Shown here in pieces: positions 49,378 through 59,131 of a DNA stretch of 60,351 bases. The stretch comes from an uncultured Bacteroidales bacterium (lineage in GTDB: Bacteria; Bacteroidota; Bacteroidia; Bacteroidales; JAAAOM01). Position 1 is the stretch's first letter; each line of letters starts with the position of its first letter. The stretch covers positions 1-60,351 of the forward strand of contig CAZZBU010000007.1 of the NCBI GenBank assembly GCA_964652315.1. The letters are read 5' to 3'. The position numbers and the translations under genes were made by a program. The notes below the pieces were generated by a model. That model was given only the letters and a program-made list of their open reading frames with translations, made no database searches and had not been told where the DNA came from.

Positions 49378-52023
49378 TTAGAATTGCTGACCCAGCACAA
49401 AGTGGAATTGTCCACCGTTTTTGCCCGGGTTATACGGAATATCATCAAAACCATACCCCCAGTCAATACCCAACATACCAAACATGGGTAAAAATGCACG
49501 GATACCAAAGCCTGCCGAACGCTTAACAATAAAGGGGTTGAAGGTATTTAAATCATACCATACATTACCTCCTTCTACAAATAGCAGGCCATAAATTGAT
49601 GCTGAGGGCGATAAGGTGAACGGATACCGCAGTTCGATGGTGTATTTATTATAAATATTAGCGTATCGCCGTTGAGTGCGGCCTACAGTTGAACCTGGTT
49701 GTGAAACCTGATGTTGCGTGAGTGAATAATTTTCATATCCACGTAAACCAATGGTTTCAACGCCAAACCGGCCATATCCAAGTCCATCGCCACCTACCTG
49801 ATAGCCCTCAAAGGGTGAGGATCCTATATCGCGATTGTAATAACCCTTAAAGCCAAACTCTGATTTGGTCATGATAACCAGGTCATCAAAGATTCTTTGA
49901 AACCACGAACCTTTTACGGTCCATTTGTGGTGCTCAACTAACCGGAACTTTTCAGCCAGTTCTGCGTCACTAACCGCTTCGTTTTGTTCAGCAATGCTGG
50001 CGGATGGTTTTCTGGACAGCAGATCGCCGCGAATAATCTCAGCTTCACTTTCTGAAATTTCCCAAAATCTGTCTTCTTTGAATAGAGACCAGGGCGGGGT
50101 GAGTTGCACGCCAACAGAGAAGTTTGAGCCCCTACGCGGATAGATGGGCTGATCCTGTGAGTTACGGCTCAAGGTAGTATTAAAACTCAACAGGTTAAAT
50201 GCACCATCATCCAGAAATTGGTTTTCCCCCACCTGAAAATAGTCGAAATAATCGTTAAGGCGATACCGTTGATAACTTAATTCATTGTATAGGGTAAAGA
50301 AGTCGTCCGGCCATTTCAACCTGCGTCCGAGACCGATTGACCCCCCGCTGATCTTCATGTATTCTTTTGATTTATTGAGCTCCCTGAGGTTTTGGAAATA
50401 GTAACTTCCCCTGGTTTCATTGATTTTTTGATGAAACAATGAGAAGGAGAATGAATTTGGCTTTTTACCGCCAAACCAGGGCTCAACAAAGGTCATGTTA
50501 TATGATTGATAATACCTTCCATTGGATTGTGCACGAAGGCTTAGCGTCTGTCCATCGCCGGTTGGTACCGGGCGCCAGGCTTTAGGATCAAGCATGCGCC
50601 GTGTCGAGAAATTCGAAAACCTTAAACCTATGGTACCAACAAACATACCTGCCCCCCAACCACCGGAAACCTCCAGTTGATCGTTTGCTTTTTCTTCGAG
50701 CTGGTATTCAATATCCACTGTGCCGTCTTCAGGATTAGGAATGGGATTAGGCACAATATTCTCCGGGTTGAAATGCCCCAGGGCTGCCAGTTCTCGCACC
50801 GTACGGATGATATCAGACTTGCTGAAGAGTTCACCCGGTTCAGTTCTCAGTTCCCTTCGGATAACATGCTCATTGGTTTTTGTGTTTCCAGAAATAATGA
50901 TGCGGTTTATGGTAGCTTGTTGTCCCTCGTATACCCTCATTTCAAGGTCGATGCTGTCGTTTTCAATGTTTACTTCCACGGGTGTGATGCTGGAGAAGAG
51001 ATAACCATTGTCCATGTACAGTCCTGATACAGCATCTTCTTCAATGTTAAGCCTGTTTTCAAGCAATGTCTGGTCGTACGGATCACCCTTTTTGATACCA
51101 AGCACTGTGGACAGAATTTCATCAGGATATTTGGTGTTGCCAACCCAGGTTATATCTCTGAAGAAATACTTATCTCCTTCTTCAATCCGGATGTAGAGAT
51201 TGATGCGTTTCTCATTCAAAACTTCGTAGCGTGTATCAAGAATTTTTGCATCGCGGTATCCGTTTTCATTATAGAAGGTGATCAGGCTTTCCCTGTCTTC
51301 CTTGAAATCGGGTTCAATATATTTTGAGCCTTTAAAGATGTTTAGGTTGCGTTGTTTGGTGTTTTTCATAACTCTACGTAACCTGCTGTCTTTGAATACA
51401 TTATTTCCTTCAAAGATTATTTCTTCAATTTTAACCCGGGCATTTTTATCAATTTCGATGGTAAGGTTCACTCTATTCTGGTGGGCTGTATCCTCATGCT
51501 GGATAAAAGTTACTTCAGCATTAAAAAATCCTTTTTCAATAAAATGATTTTCTACCAGCAGTCGGGTGTTGTTCATGAGTTCTTCGGTAATCTGGCTGCC
51601 TCTGCGTAATTCCAGTTTTTCTTCTATATCCTCCTGTTCCGATTTGTTAACCCCTTCTATAGTAAGGTTTGATATTCTTGGTCTTTCTTTCAGAAGTACC
51701 CGTAAGAATACTTTTTTCCCTTCTATTTTATCAACAAATACCTGAACATCAGAGAATAATCCCTGACGCCAGTATTTTTCAATCATCTGTCCGATGGCAT
51801 CGCCCGGAATCGTAATTGTTTGTCCAATGCGTATTCCTGAAATACTGGCCAGTACTGTTTTGTCTAAAAACTCAACACCGTCAACGGTGAGATCTGCGAC
51901 AATGTATTCTTTCGGGTTTTTATAACTGATGTTGGGTTTATTGGTTTGCCCCCAGGAATTAATAAAAATAAGGAAAGATGCTAAAACCGTTACAAGGATG
52001 TTTTTATTTATTATTTTGTCCAT
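49378..52023 (-). CDS. bamA: Outer membrane protein assembly factor BamA
   Basis: POTRA repeats (GNTKTNEHVIRREL), LRGY motif, C-terminal FHFVLGQQF; likely start ATG 52023. Confidence 0.92.
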   Translation of the reverse strand: MDKIINKNILVTVLASFLIFINSWGQTNKPNISYKNPKEYIVADLTVDGVEFLDKTVLASISGIRIGQTITIPGDAIGQMIEKYWRQGLFSDVQVFVDKIEGKKVFLRVLLKERPRISNLTIEGVNKSEQEDIEEKLELRRGSQITEELMNNTRLLVENHFIEKGFFNAEVTFIQHEDTAHQNRVNLTIEIDKNARVKIEEIIFEGNNVFKDSRLRRVMKNTKQRNLNIFKGSKYIEPDFKEDRESLITFYNENGYRDAKILDTRYEVLNEKRINLYIRIEEGDKYFFRDITWVGNTKYPDEILSTVLGIKKGDPYDQTLLENRLNIEEDAVSGLYMDNGYLFSSITPVEVNIENDSIDLEMRVYEGQQATINRIIISGNTKTNEHVIRRELRTEPGELFSKSDIIRTVRELAALGHFNPENIVPNPIPNPEDGTVDIEYQLEEKANDQLEVSGGWGAGMFVGTIGLRFSNFSTRRMLDPKAWRPVPTGDGQTLSLRAQSNGRYYQSYNMTFVEPWFGGKKPNSFSFSLFHQKINETRGSYYFQNLRELNKSKEYMKISGGSIGLGRRLKWPDDFFTLYNELSYQRYRLNDYFDYFQVGENQFLDDGAFNLLSFNTTLSRNSQDQPIYPRRGSNFSVGVQLTPPWSLFKEDRFWEISESEAEIIRGDLLSRKPSASIAEQNEAVSDAELAEKFRLVEHHKWTVKGSWFQRIFDDLVIMTKSEFGFKGYYNRDIGSSPFEGYQVGGDGLGYGRFGVETIGLRGYENYSLTQHQVSQPGSTVGRTQRRYANIYNKYTIELRYPFTLSPSASIYGLLFVEGGNVWYDLNTFNPFIVKRSAGFGIRAFLPMFGMLGIDWGYGFDDIPYNPGKNGGQFHFVLGQQF

Positions 52024-52024
52024 T

Positions 52025-52768
52025 TTATTCACAAATTTGCTCGCTAATCTTACCAAAACGACGCTCTCTTGATTGATAATTTATTAATGCTTCGTAAAAA
52101 TCTTCCCTTCGAAAATCAGGCCAAAGTTTATCAGTATAGTACAATTCGGCATAAGCAATTTGCCACAGCAGAAAGTTACTGATCCGGTGTTCGCCGCTGG
52201 TGCGGATTAGTAATTCAGGATCTGGATAACCTTTAGTATTGAGGTATTTATCAAAGGTGGTGTCACAAATATCATCAGTGGTAATTTTACCATCAATCAA
52301 ATCTTTGCTGATTTTACGTATGGCATCGATTATTTCCCAGCGTCCGCTGTAGCTGAGCGCTAGAATGAGGGTGAGGCCGGTATTTTCTGATGTTTTTTCA
52401 ATGACATTATCAAGCTTTGTACGTACTTTTCGTGGTAAACTATCCAGGTCGCCTATGGCCTGTAGTTTCACGTTGTTTTCCAACAATGTTTTGAATTCAT
52501 TATCCAGGGAATTAACCAATAAAGACATCAAAGCATCTATCTCTGTGCGCGGGCGATTCCAGTTCTCTGTGGAAAATGCATATAACGTCAGATAACCCAA
52601 ACCTAGTTCAGCAGCAGCTTCCACGGTGTCACGTACAGCTTTTACGCCATTTTTATGCCCAAATATCCTCTGATTTCCTTTTTGTTTTGCCCAGCGACCA
52701 TTCCCATCCATTATAATTGCCACATGCCGGGGCAATTTGTCCAGTTTAATTTCCGATTTTTTCGACAT
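52025..52768 (-). CDS. uppS: Undecaprenyl diphosphate synthase
   Basis: HVAIIMDGNGRWA, FSTENW.RP, LLIRTSGE.RISNFLLWQ, RERRFG. Confidence 0.95.
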   Translation of the reverse strand: MSKKSEIKLDKLPRHVAIIMDGNGRWAKQKGNQRIFGHKNGVKAVRDTVEAAAELGLGYLTLYAFSTENWNRPRTEIDALMSLLVNSLDNEFKTLLENNVKLQAIGDLDSLPRKVRTKLDNVIEKTSENTGLTLILALSYSGRWEIIDAIRKISKDLIDGKITTDDICDTTFDKYLNTKGYPDPELLIRTSGEHRISNFLLWQIAYAELYYTDKLWPDFRREDFYEALINYQSRERRFGKISEQICE

Positions 52769-52779
52769 TTATTTTAAAC

Positions 52780-53448
52780 TCAATAATTTAAATATGCAGG
52801 ACATTTTTCTGCAAATTTAAAAAACTTATAGGTAATAAAAATACCAAGGAATGAATACCAGTCATTATTTGCTATAGAAGAAGCCTCCTGATTGTTTGTA
52901 AGGGTAGTAAAACCATCAATATTATCAGTGAAGGTTTTCCTTACACTCCACTCTGTGCCAAGGGATACGCGATCGTTGAGGTTGTATTTTATCCCTGTGC
53001 CAACCGGGATCATAAAAAATGTTAAACTTTCTGCATTGGTTGATGAAATAATTGTGCCACTTCCAACTCCAAGGCTCACATAAGGAGTAAAAGCATTTTT
53101 TTTCTCGGTCGGCAGATATTCAAAAAAGTTGAATTCAAACTGAATTGCCAGATCAATCAAAGAAGTATTAAAAGAGCCTTGATTAAACTGAGGGTAAAGG
53201 TTCTCAGGATCTGAATCCTTTAAATTGGCGTAAAACAGATTTCCACGAATGGCGTATCGTTCCGTAAGATTTAAACGGTATATTCCACCAAACACATAAG
53301 ATGGGCTATGAAATGGAATTAATGGGTTTATATCGCCCAAATAGGATGTAGTTCCACCAAAGATACCGAAATCTGCTCTTCTTTGCGCCTTTGTTGAGGC
53401 ACAAAAAATTAACAGCAGCAATAGAATACCTGTGATTTGCTTCTTCAT
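52780..53448 (-). CDS. porG: DUF6089 outer-membrane beta-barrel, PorG-like
   Basis: G.FGG..SY.GD, TFTD.ID, NDWY, C-terminal KCPAY; same position upstream of uppS-bamA as porG in Porphyromonas. Confidence 0.7.
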   Translation of the reverse strand: MKKQITGILLLLLIFCASTKAQRRADFGIFGGTTSYLGDINPLIPFHSPSYVFGGIYRLNLTERYAIRGNLFYANLKDSDPENLYPQFNQGSFNTSLIDLAIQFEFNFFEYLPTEKKNAFTPYVSLGVGSGTIISSTNAESLTFFMIPVGTGIKYNLNDRVSLGTEWSVRKTFTDNIDGFTTLTNNQEASSIANNDWYSFLGIFITYKFFKFAEKCPAYLNY

Positions 53449-53478
53449 GTAGGGTAAAACGGATAGTTGAGAGAATTA

Positions 53479-54279
53479 TTATCTGAATATAACAGGTCGC
53501 CCCCGTCTGTCAGTACGGACTTTATATATAAGAGAGATGCTGGAGAAATAATAAACGTCATTGTGTTCGTTGTTAAACGGCGGATTGTATGCTGAAATTC
53601 CATCAAGCAAGTCAGTGAATGAGTAACGATAGCCGAGTTCAAAACCCAATGAATATTTACTGTCAAGAGTGTACTTAAGGCCCAGGCCACCCAGAAGCAC
53701 GCCCGAAAATGCTGTTTCCTGTAATACTTCATGCCGGTCTTCCATGGTGCTGTTCCACAACGACCATGCTTCGGAAGGCTCTTCTAAAAACTGAGGTTTA
53801 AAAGCAATACCACCAGCTCCTGCAAATACATATAGAGCTGTTTTGGCATAATTATTTATCATTCCTCTACGGTTAAAAACCGCTGCTGATTTTAATCTTC
53901 TGTCTTCTTTTAGAAGATAATATTCATATTGAATCGAAGTTTCGAAAATTCCGGTTCGAAATCCCAGATTTCTGTCATCATTTCTGGATTCGTCATCTGT
54001 GCTGTATCCCCTGCCATAAATAAAATTCATTTTCAGGGACATGTCTTCTTCCAGTTTATATCGAATGCCTAACCGGAAACTTGGTCTGACATCTGTGATA
54101 CGGATATCTTTTAATCCAAAAAGATTGGATTCGTCAGCAGTACCGCCAATATCACCATACACAGTGGTGGTACCTACTCCAACGATTGCTTCGTAACGCC
54201 TTAATTTCCAGCGTTGTGCATCAACACTTGTGCTAATAGTGAGAGAAATCAATAACAGTAGCAGGTGGTTTCTATTCAT
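53479..54279 (-). CDS. Second DUF6089-like outer-membrane beta-barrel
   Basis: Signal peptide VDAQ, YGDIG, RNL.FRT, FTDLLDG, NDVYY; likely start ATG 54279. Confidence 0.7.
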   Translation of the reverse strand: MNRNHLLLLLISLTISTSVDAQRWKLRRYEAIVGVGTTTVYGDIGGTADESNLFGLKDIRITDVRPSFRLGIRYKLEEDMSLKMNFIYGRGYSTDDESRNDDRNLGFRTGIFETSIQYEYYLLKEDRRLKSAAVFNRRGMINNYAKTALYVFAGAGGIAFKPQFLEEPSEAWSLWNSTMEDRHEVLQETAFSGVLLGGLGLKYTLDSKYSLGFELGYRYSFTDLLDGISAYNPPFNNEHNDVYYFSSISLIYKVRTDRRGRPVIFR

Positions 54280-54405
54280 AATTAAAGACACTTATTGTAT
54301 AGATAAACTATAAAATTATAATAAAGTTAATAAATATCATTAAAATTATGAAAGTATCCTTTGTTAATTTCTTTTTTTAACACGACCCGGAATTTTTACC
54401 ATCGG

Positions 54406-55284
54406 TTAATTTCTTCTGTCTGCACCCCACATTAGCTTGTTTCTAAGTGTTTTATAAAAATTATTGCTATGTAGCTGCAGCATTTTTATTTTAAAGGGCG
54501 CAAGTTTTAACCGTATCTCGGTAGATTTATCCATCTGCCTGTATTGATTATCAAGAGTTAAAAGGAATTTATCAGAACGGCAGTCAACTTTTAGGGTCAC
54601 TTCCATATTGTCAGGAATAACTATTGGCCTTACTGTAAGATTGTGTGATGCAATGGGGGAAATGATAAAATTACTTGCGTTGGGTAAAATAATGGGGCCT
54701 CCTACACTCATGGAATAAGCAGTGGAACCGGTTGGTGTGGAAATGATTAACCCATCGGTCCAGTAGGAGTTCAGATAATCGTCGTTCAAATAGGTATGAA
54801 CTGTTATCATGCTTGAATCTTTTTTTTGAACGGTGACTTCATTTAATGCATAGTTGAATTTTTCAAACGCCGATTTGGTAGTATCCAGTTCAATCAATGA
54901 ACGGTATTCATAGGTGAATTTATTTTCAAAAATGGCTTTAAAAGAATCGCTTATAATCTCCTGCGAAATATTTGCCAGAAACCCTAATCGGCCTGCATTA
55001 AGGCCTATAATTGGAATGCCTGAATCTTTTACAAATGAAACAGTTTCCAAAAATGTACCATCACCACCAACACTGACCATGAAATTTGTGTCTTCGGGAA
55101 GATCGCTGTTTTCATAAAATGAAGTAAAACCTCCTAAATCGCAGTGCATACCTTCTTTAAGAAAATTCGCAAAAGGCCGGTAAATACAAAGATGAGCATT
55201 ATTTTGCCTGAGCAGCCCGAATAATTCCTCAATGAATGGTTTAAATTCTGATTTAAATGGTCTTCCGTAAAGGCTTATTTTCAC
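54406..55284 (-). CDS. nadK: NAD kinase
   Basis: GGDGTFL, GRLGFL, ALNE, TPTGSTAYSMSVGGP. Confidence 0.95.
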   Translation of the reverse strand: MKISLYGRPFKSEFKPFIEELFGLLRQNNAHLCIYRPFANFLKEGMHCDLGGFTSFYENSDLPEDTNFMVSVGGDGTFLETVSFVKDSGIPIIGLNAGRLGFLANISQEIISDSFKAIFENKFTYEYRSLIELDTTKSAFEKFNYALNEVTVQKKDSSMITVHTYLNDDYLNSYWTDGLIISTPTGSTAYSMSVGGPIILPNASNFIISPIASHNLTVRPIVIPDNMEVTLKVDCRSDKFLLTLDNQYRQMDKSTEIRLKLAPFKIKMLQLHSNNFYKTLRNKLMWGADRRN

Positions 55285-55311
55285 AATATCAAATAGTATT
55301 TGTTGGCTAAA

Positions 55312-55977
55312 CTAGATAGATAAGTATTTCATAAATGCTTCATACCGGTTATCCATCAGGTCTTCCAGATCTCTATCATGCATGTAGGATGCTTTCACCG
55401 TATAATCAAACCGTTCGAATGTTTGAATGATTGATGTTAAATCCGTACGGTTGATTTTTAAAGTTACTTCTACCCGCATGGAGTTGTCAAATGTTTTAAG
55501 ATAGAGGCTGAGGATTTTTGCATCATTGCTTTCTACAATACGGGAAATCTCTGATAAGGCATAATCGTTTTCGTTCAGCTCAAGCACCAGAATGCCACCA
55601 GGTTGGTTTAAGGCCGATAGCTGGGCAATGTAGTCAATCATATCGTTCATGGTAATAACCCCGAGGTAATTTTTTTTTCGATCCAAGACTGGGACCACAG
55701 ATAGTTTTAATCGTGATGCCAATTCGATTGCTTCATAAATGTGTTGGTCTTCTGTTGCATAAGGACTGAAAAGCGACAAACTGTGATTTCCGATAGGATC
55801 ATCTGCCATATTAAGATCATAAATGTCCTTATCAGAAATTAATCCCAAAAACTCCTGATTATTTACAATGGGTAAATGGGATATTCGAAAAATATCCATC
55901 CAGTAAAGCGCCTTCAACCCACTGTCCGAAGTTTTCAGTGCCGGTACTACCTCTGATATGATCTCATTTACAAGCAT
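55312..55977 (-). CDS. CBS domain protein (AcuB-like, CBS pair plus ACT)
   Basis: SHLPIV...GLIS, VVPVL...GVIT, C-terminal ACT-like region. Confidence 0.85.
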   Translation of the reverse strand: MLVNEIISEVVPALKTSDSGLKALYWMDIFRISHLPIVNNQEFLGLISDKDIYDLNMADDPIGNHSLSLFSPYATEDQHIYEAIELASRLKLSVVPVLDRKKNYLGVITMNDMIDYIAQLSALNQPGGILVLELNENDYALSEISRIVESNDAKILSLYLKTFDNSMRVEVTLKINRTDLTSIIQTFERFDYTVKASYMHDRDLEDLMDNRYEAFMKYLSI

Positions 55978-56033
55978 AAAAACCTACGCTATTCTTTAAA
56001 ATCCTTTAACTTTACATCAAATACTATGCAAAG

Positions 56034-56750
56034 ATGACAAGATTAAGTGTAAATATAAACAAAATAGCAACACTTCGGAATTCAAGAGGTGGAAATATTC
56101 CGGATGTTATTGAAGCTGCGATAAGCGCTGAGAAATATGGCGCACAAGGCATTACTGTACATCCCAGGCCTGATGAAAGGCATATCAGGTATCAGGACGT
56201 GTATGACTTAAAGCCTGTCGTAAAAACAGAGTTTAATATTGAAGGATACCCTTCTGATAAATTTATTGATTTGGTGCTGTCTGTCAAACCCGGGCAGGTT
56301 ACGCTTGTCCCTGATCCTCCAGGCACACTCACTTCAAATGCAGGATGGGAAATAGTGCCCAATATGACTTTTCTTCAGGGGATCATTAAAAAATTCCAAA
56401 AAGCAGGCATCAGAACGTCTATTTTTATTGAAACAGATCTGGAGAATATGCGTGCAGCCAGGGATACAGGCACCAACCGTGTTGAATTATATACCGAGCC
56501 CTATGCTTCCAGGTATCATGATCATCCGGATGAAGCCATTGAACCTTTTGTGAAAGCCGCTGAAGTTGCTCAAGAGGTTGGGTTGGGAATTAATGCCGGT
56601 CATGATCTGAACCTGCATAACCTCCGTTTTTTTAAGCAAAATATCCCCGGGCTTCTGGAGGTGTCAATTGGTCATGCCTTAATTGCAGATGCCATATATT
56701 TTGGATTGGAAACAACAATTAAAAAATACCTTACTGAATTAAAAATATAA
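56034..56750 (+). CDS. pdxJ: Pyridoxine 5'-phosphate synthase
   Basis: [37 protein letters not shown]. Confidence 0.95.
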   Translation: MTRLSVNINKIATLRNSRGGNIPDVIEAAISAEKYGAQGITVHPRPDERHIRYQDVYDLKPVVKTEFNIEGYPSDKFIDLVLSVKPGQVTLVPDPPGTLTSNAGWEIVPNMTFLQGIIKKFQKAGIRTSIFIETDLENMRAARDTGTNRVELYTEPYASRYHDHPDEAIEPFVKAAEVAQEVGLGINAGHDLNLHNLRFFKQNIPGLLEVSIGHALIADAIYFGLETTIKKYLTELKI

Positions 56751-57557
56751 ATGGAACTAGCGTATAAAAAAACTGGAAACGGTTCGCCGCTTATTATCCT
56801 TCACGGATTATATGGTTCGTCTGATAACTGGATGAGCATTGCCAAAGCATTTGAATCGGAGTATGAAGTGTACCTGGTTGATCAACGAAACCATGGTGAA
56901 TCGCCTCACAGCAATGTTCACACCTATGAAGAAATGGCGCGGGACCTGATGGTGTTTATGTTTCATCACAGCCTGGGTCCGGCTTCTATTATCGGACACT
57001 CCATGGGAGGTAAAACGGCTTCTTTTTTTGCCGCGATGCACCCTGAACTGGTTAACAAACTGGTAGTTGTGGATATTGCTATTAAGGCTTATGATGCAGA
57101 AGCGGTTGTTAGCGACAAGGGGCTGTCCCATAAAAATATCATTGATGCTATGTTGTCGATTGACCCGTCAAAATATGAAAACAGAACGGAAATTTCTGAT
57201 AAACTTCTGAAAAACATTCCATCCAAGCAAGTGGTGCAGTTTTTATTGAAAAATTTAAAAAGGCAGGGTGGTTCATTTCAGTGGCAATTAAACCTTCCTG
57301 CCCTCAGGGATAACCTCCCTGAGATTTACAAAGGATTGGATGAACCGCTTGTTAAAAAACCGGATATGTTGGAAGAGATGCCTGTACTTTTTATTAATGG
57401 GGAATTATCAGGCTATTTGAAACGGGATGATTTGAAGGAGATACAAAAAATATTTCCCAGGGCTCAAATGGAAACCATTGTGGGAGCAGGGCACTGGGTG
57501 CACGCCGAAAAAACGGACTTGTTTTTGAAGTCGGTAAAAGGGTTTTTATCAGATTGA
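56751..57557 (+). CDS. Alpha/beta hydrolase (YbfF-like esterase)
   Basis: LHGL.G, DQRNHG.S, GHSMGG, GHWVHAE. Confidence 0.9.
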   Translation: MELAYKKTGNGSPLIILHGLYGSSDNWMSIAKAFESEYEVYLVDQRNHGESPHSNVHTYEEMARDLMVFMFHHSLGPASIIGHSMGGKTASFFAAMHPELVNKLVVVDIAIKAYDAEAVVSDKGLSHKNIIDAMLSIDPSKYENRTEISDKLLKNIPSKQVVQFLLKNLKRQGGSFQWQLNLPALRDNLPEIYKGLDEPLVKKPDMLEEMPVLFINGELSGYLKRDDLKEIQKIFPRAQMETIVGAGHWVHAEKTDLFLKSVKGFLSD

Positions 57558-57630
57558 TTTATAGTTAGGGATTGTTCTGTTGTTTTTAAAAAGGAGCTAA
57601 ATTTGAGTAAAAAACGTTAAATTTGTATTA

Positions 57631-57870
57631 ATGCCCGTTATATTGAGATTAAAAGGATATAAATTTCTATTTTTTAGCAATGAGGGCGATGAGCCAGTTC
57701 ATATACACATTCAAAAGGCTGGTGGAAATGCGAAAATGTGGTTAGACCCACTCATAGAAGATGAATATTTTTATGGTTTTAATAATCGAGAAATTAAAGA
57801 AATTAAAGCGATAGTAAACGAGCATCGTGAAAATTTTAAACGAGCATGGTATGAATACTTCGGACAATAA
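57631..57870 (+). CDS. DUF4160 protein (DhiT-like putative toxin)
   Basis: MP.I....GY.F.FFSNE..EP.HIH....AK.WL pattern. Confidence 0.8.
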   Translation: MPVILRLKGYKFLFFSNEGDEPVHIHIQKAGGNAKMWLDPLIEDEYFYGFNNREIKEIKAIVNEHRENFKRAWYEYFGQ

Positions 57871-58207
57871 TATTGTGACCAATATAAGAGCAAAGGATCC
57901 AATTGATGTATTGATATTTGAAAAGGGCCTACGAATAAAAAAGATTATTTTTGATAAAGAACTGGACTTACTGGCAATTATTTTAAATAATGGAAAGATA
58001 TTAGAGTCCAGAATATCAGATTATCAAAAGCTTAAGAATGCAGAAGAATCTCAGCTTCAAAACTGGCAATTAATAGACCAGGGGGTTGGAGTAACCTGGG
58101 AGGAACTAGATGAGGATTTATCTGTAAAAGGATTTATAAAAACTGCAGCCATAAATGAAATGCTGGAGCATTTAGCAGCTTCGGGGAATAACAAAAAATC
58201 TGCCTGA
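57851..58207 (+). CDS. DUF2442 protein (DhiA-like putative antitoxin)
   Basis: L.NA...QL.NW.L...G.GVTWEELDEDLS..G; ATG 57851 overlaps the DUF4160 end. Confidence 0.8.
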   Translation: MNTSDNNIVTNIRAKDPIDVLIFEKGLRIKKIIFDKELDLLAIILNNGKILESRISDYQKLKNAEESQLQNWQLIDQGVGVTWEELDEDLSVKGFIKTAAINEMLEHLAASGNNKKSA

Positions 58208-58215
58208 GTATAAAA

Positions 58216-59127
58216 TCAAATCAAAATCCCTTCTTCCCAACCTTTCCTGACTAATTCAATATTTTCGGGATTGGCAACACCAAGATGGTGGCGCGTTTCT
58301 GCCAGGTAAATATGCTTTGGCGGCGGATTGATCGGGCGTTCTTCGCCAAAAAATTCTTTGCGTTTTTCCTGTAGGATACGTACACCCGTGGCATCAACAG
58401 CCACAGGATCGAACCCCACCAGCAACCCGCCATACGTCCAGATATAATTTCTATTGTAGTGATGTGGCCCTACACCATGGAAAAGTGGTGTAAGCATTAC
58501 CAGAATGTTCAGGCGGGTTTTTTTGTCCAGCCCCTGGTCTTTCCATATTTTTGCCAAATCAGCACATGAATCGCCATGGTAAGCCGATGGCCGTTCAACA
58601 AACATGATGTAATTTTTAATTAGCGTTCCTACTCCCGACCAGTGGTGGGTACGTAACGGGCGGACATTAATTAGAGCTGTGGCATTTTTAAAGTTATCAT
58701 CGCGTAAAATGCCACGATCTGAAGTGCTGATTTTTTTTTCCTGAATACCTGTCTCCAGCGCCCGTTCTTTAAGCGCGTCTTCCAGTTCATGTGGGGTATG
58801 CAGATGGCTCCATACATTGGTTTTAATACCGAGGGTGTCATCCGGTTTTAAGATTTTGTTCCAGGCCTCGTTTTTGGATGTCGCGCCGGTGAGGTCAATC
58901 ACAGCTTCATCAAGCATGTCTGAAATGATGTTTTTATTTACTATACCATTATCATCTACAACATTTTTATTCCGGATGAGGATGACTTTTGATTTTCCTG
59001 AGGTTTTTCCAGCTTCTTTTGGGGATGCAAAAGAAGAAAATGGTGTGCTGAAATACAAACTGCTACCAAGAGCAACTGTTGCCGACTGTTTTATAAGTTT
59101 TCTGCGCGAGATGTTTTTCTTTTCCAT
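58216..59127 (-). CDS. DUF362-like protein with Tat signal
   Basis: ISRRKLIK twin-arginine; GIKTN, LINV..L.TH, IKNY, DPVAVDA. Confidence 0.75.
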   Translation of the reverse strand: MEKKNISRRKLIKQSATVALGSSLYFSTPFSSFASPKEAGKTSGKSKVILIRNKNVVDDNGIVNKNIISDMLDEAVIDLTGATSKNEAWNKILKPDDTLGIKTNVWSHLHTPHELEDALKERALETGIQEKKISTSDRGILRDDNFKNATALINVRPLRTHHWSGVGTLIKNYIMFVERPSAYHGDSCADLAKIWKDQGLDKKTRLNILVMLTPLFHGVGPHHYNRNYIWTYGGLLVGFDPVAVDATGVRILQEKRKEFFGEERPINPPPKHIYLAETRHHLGVANPENIELVRKGWEEGILI

Positions 59128-59131
59128 AGGT

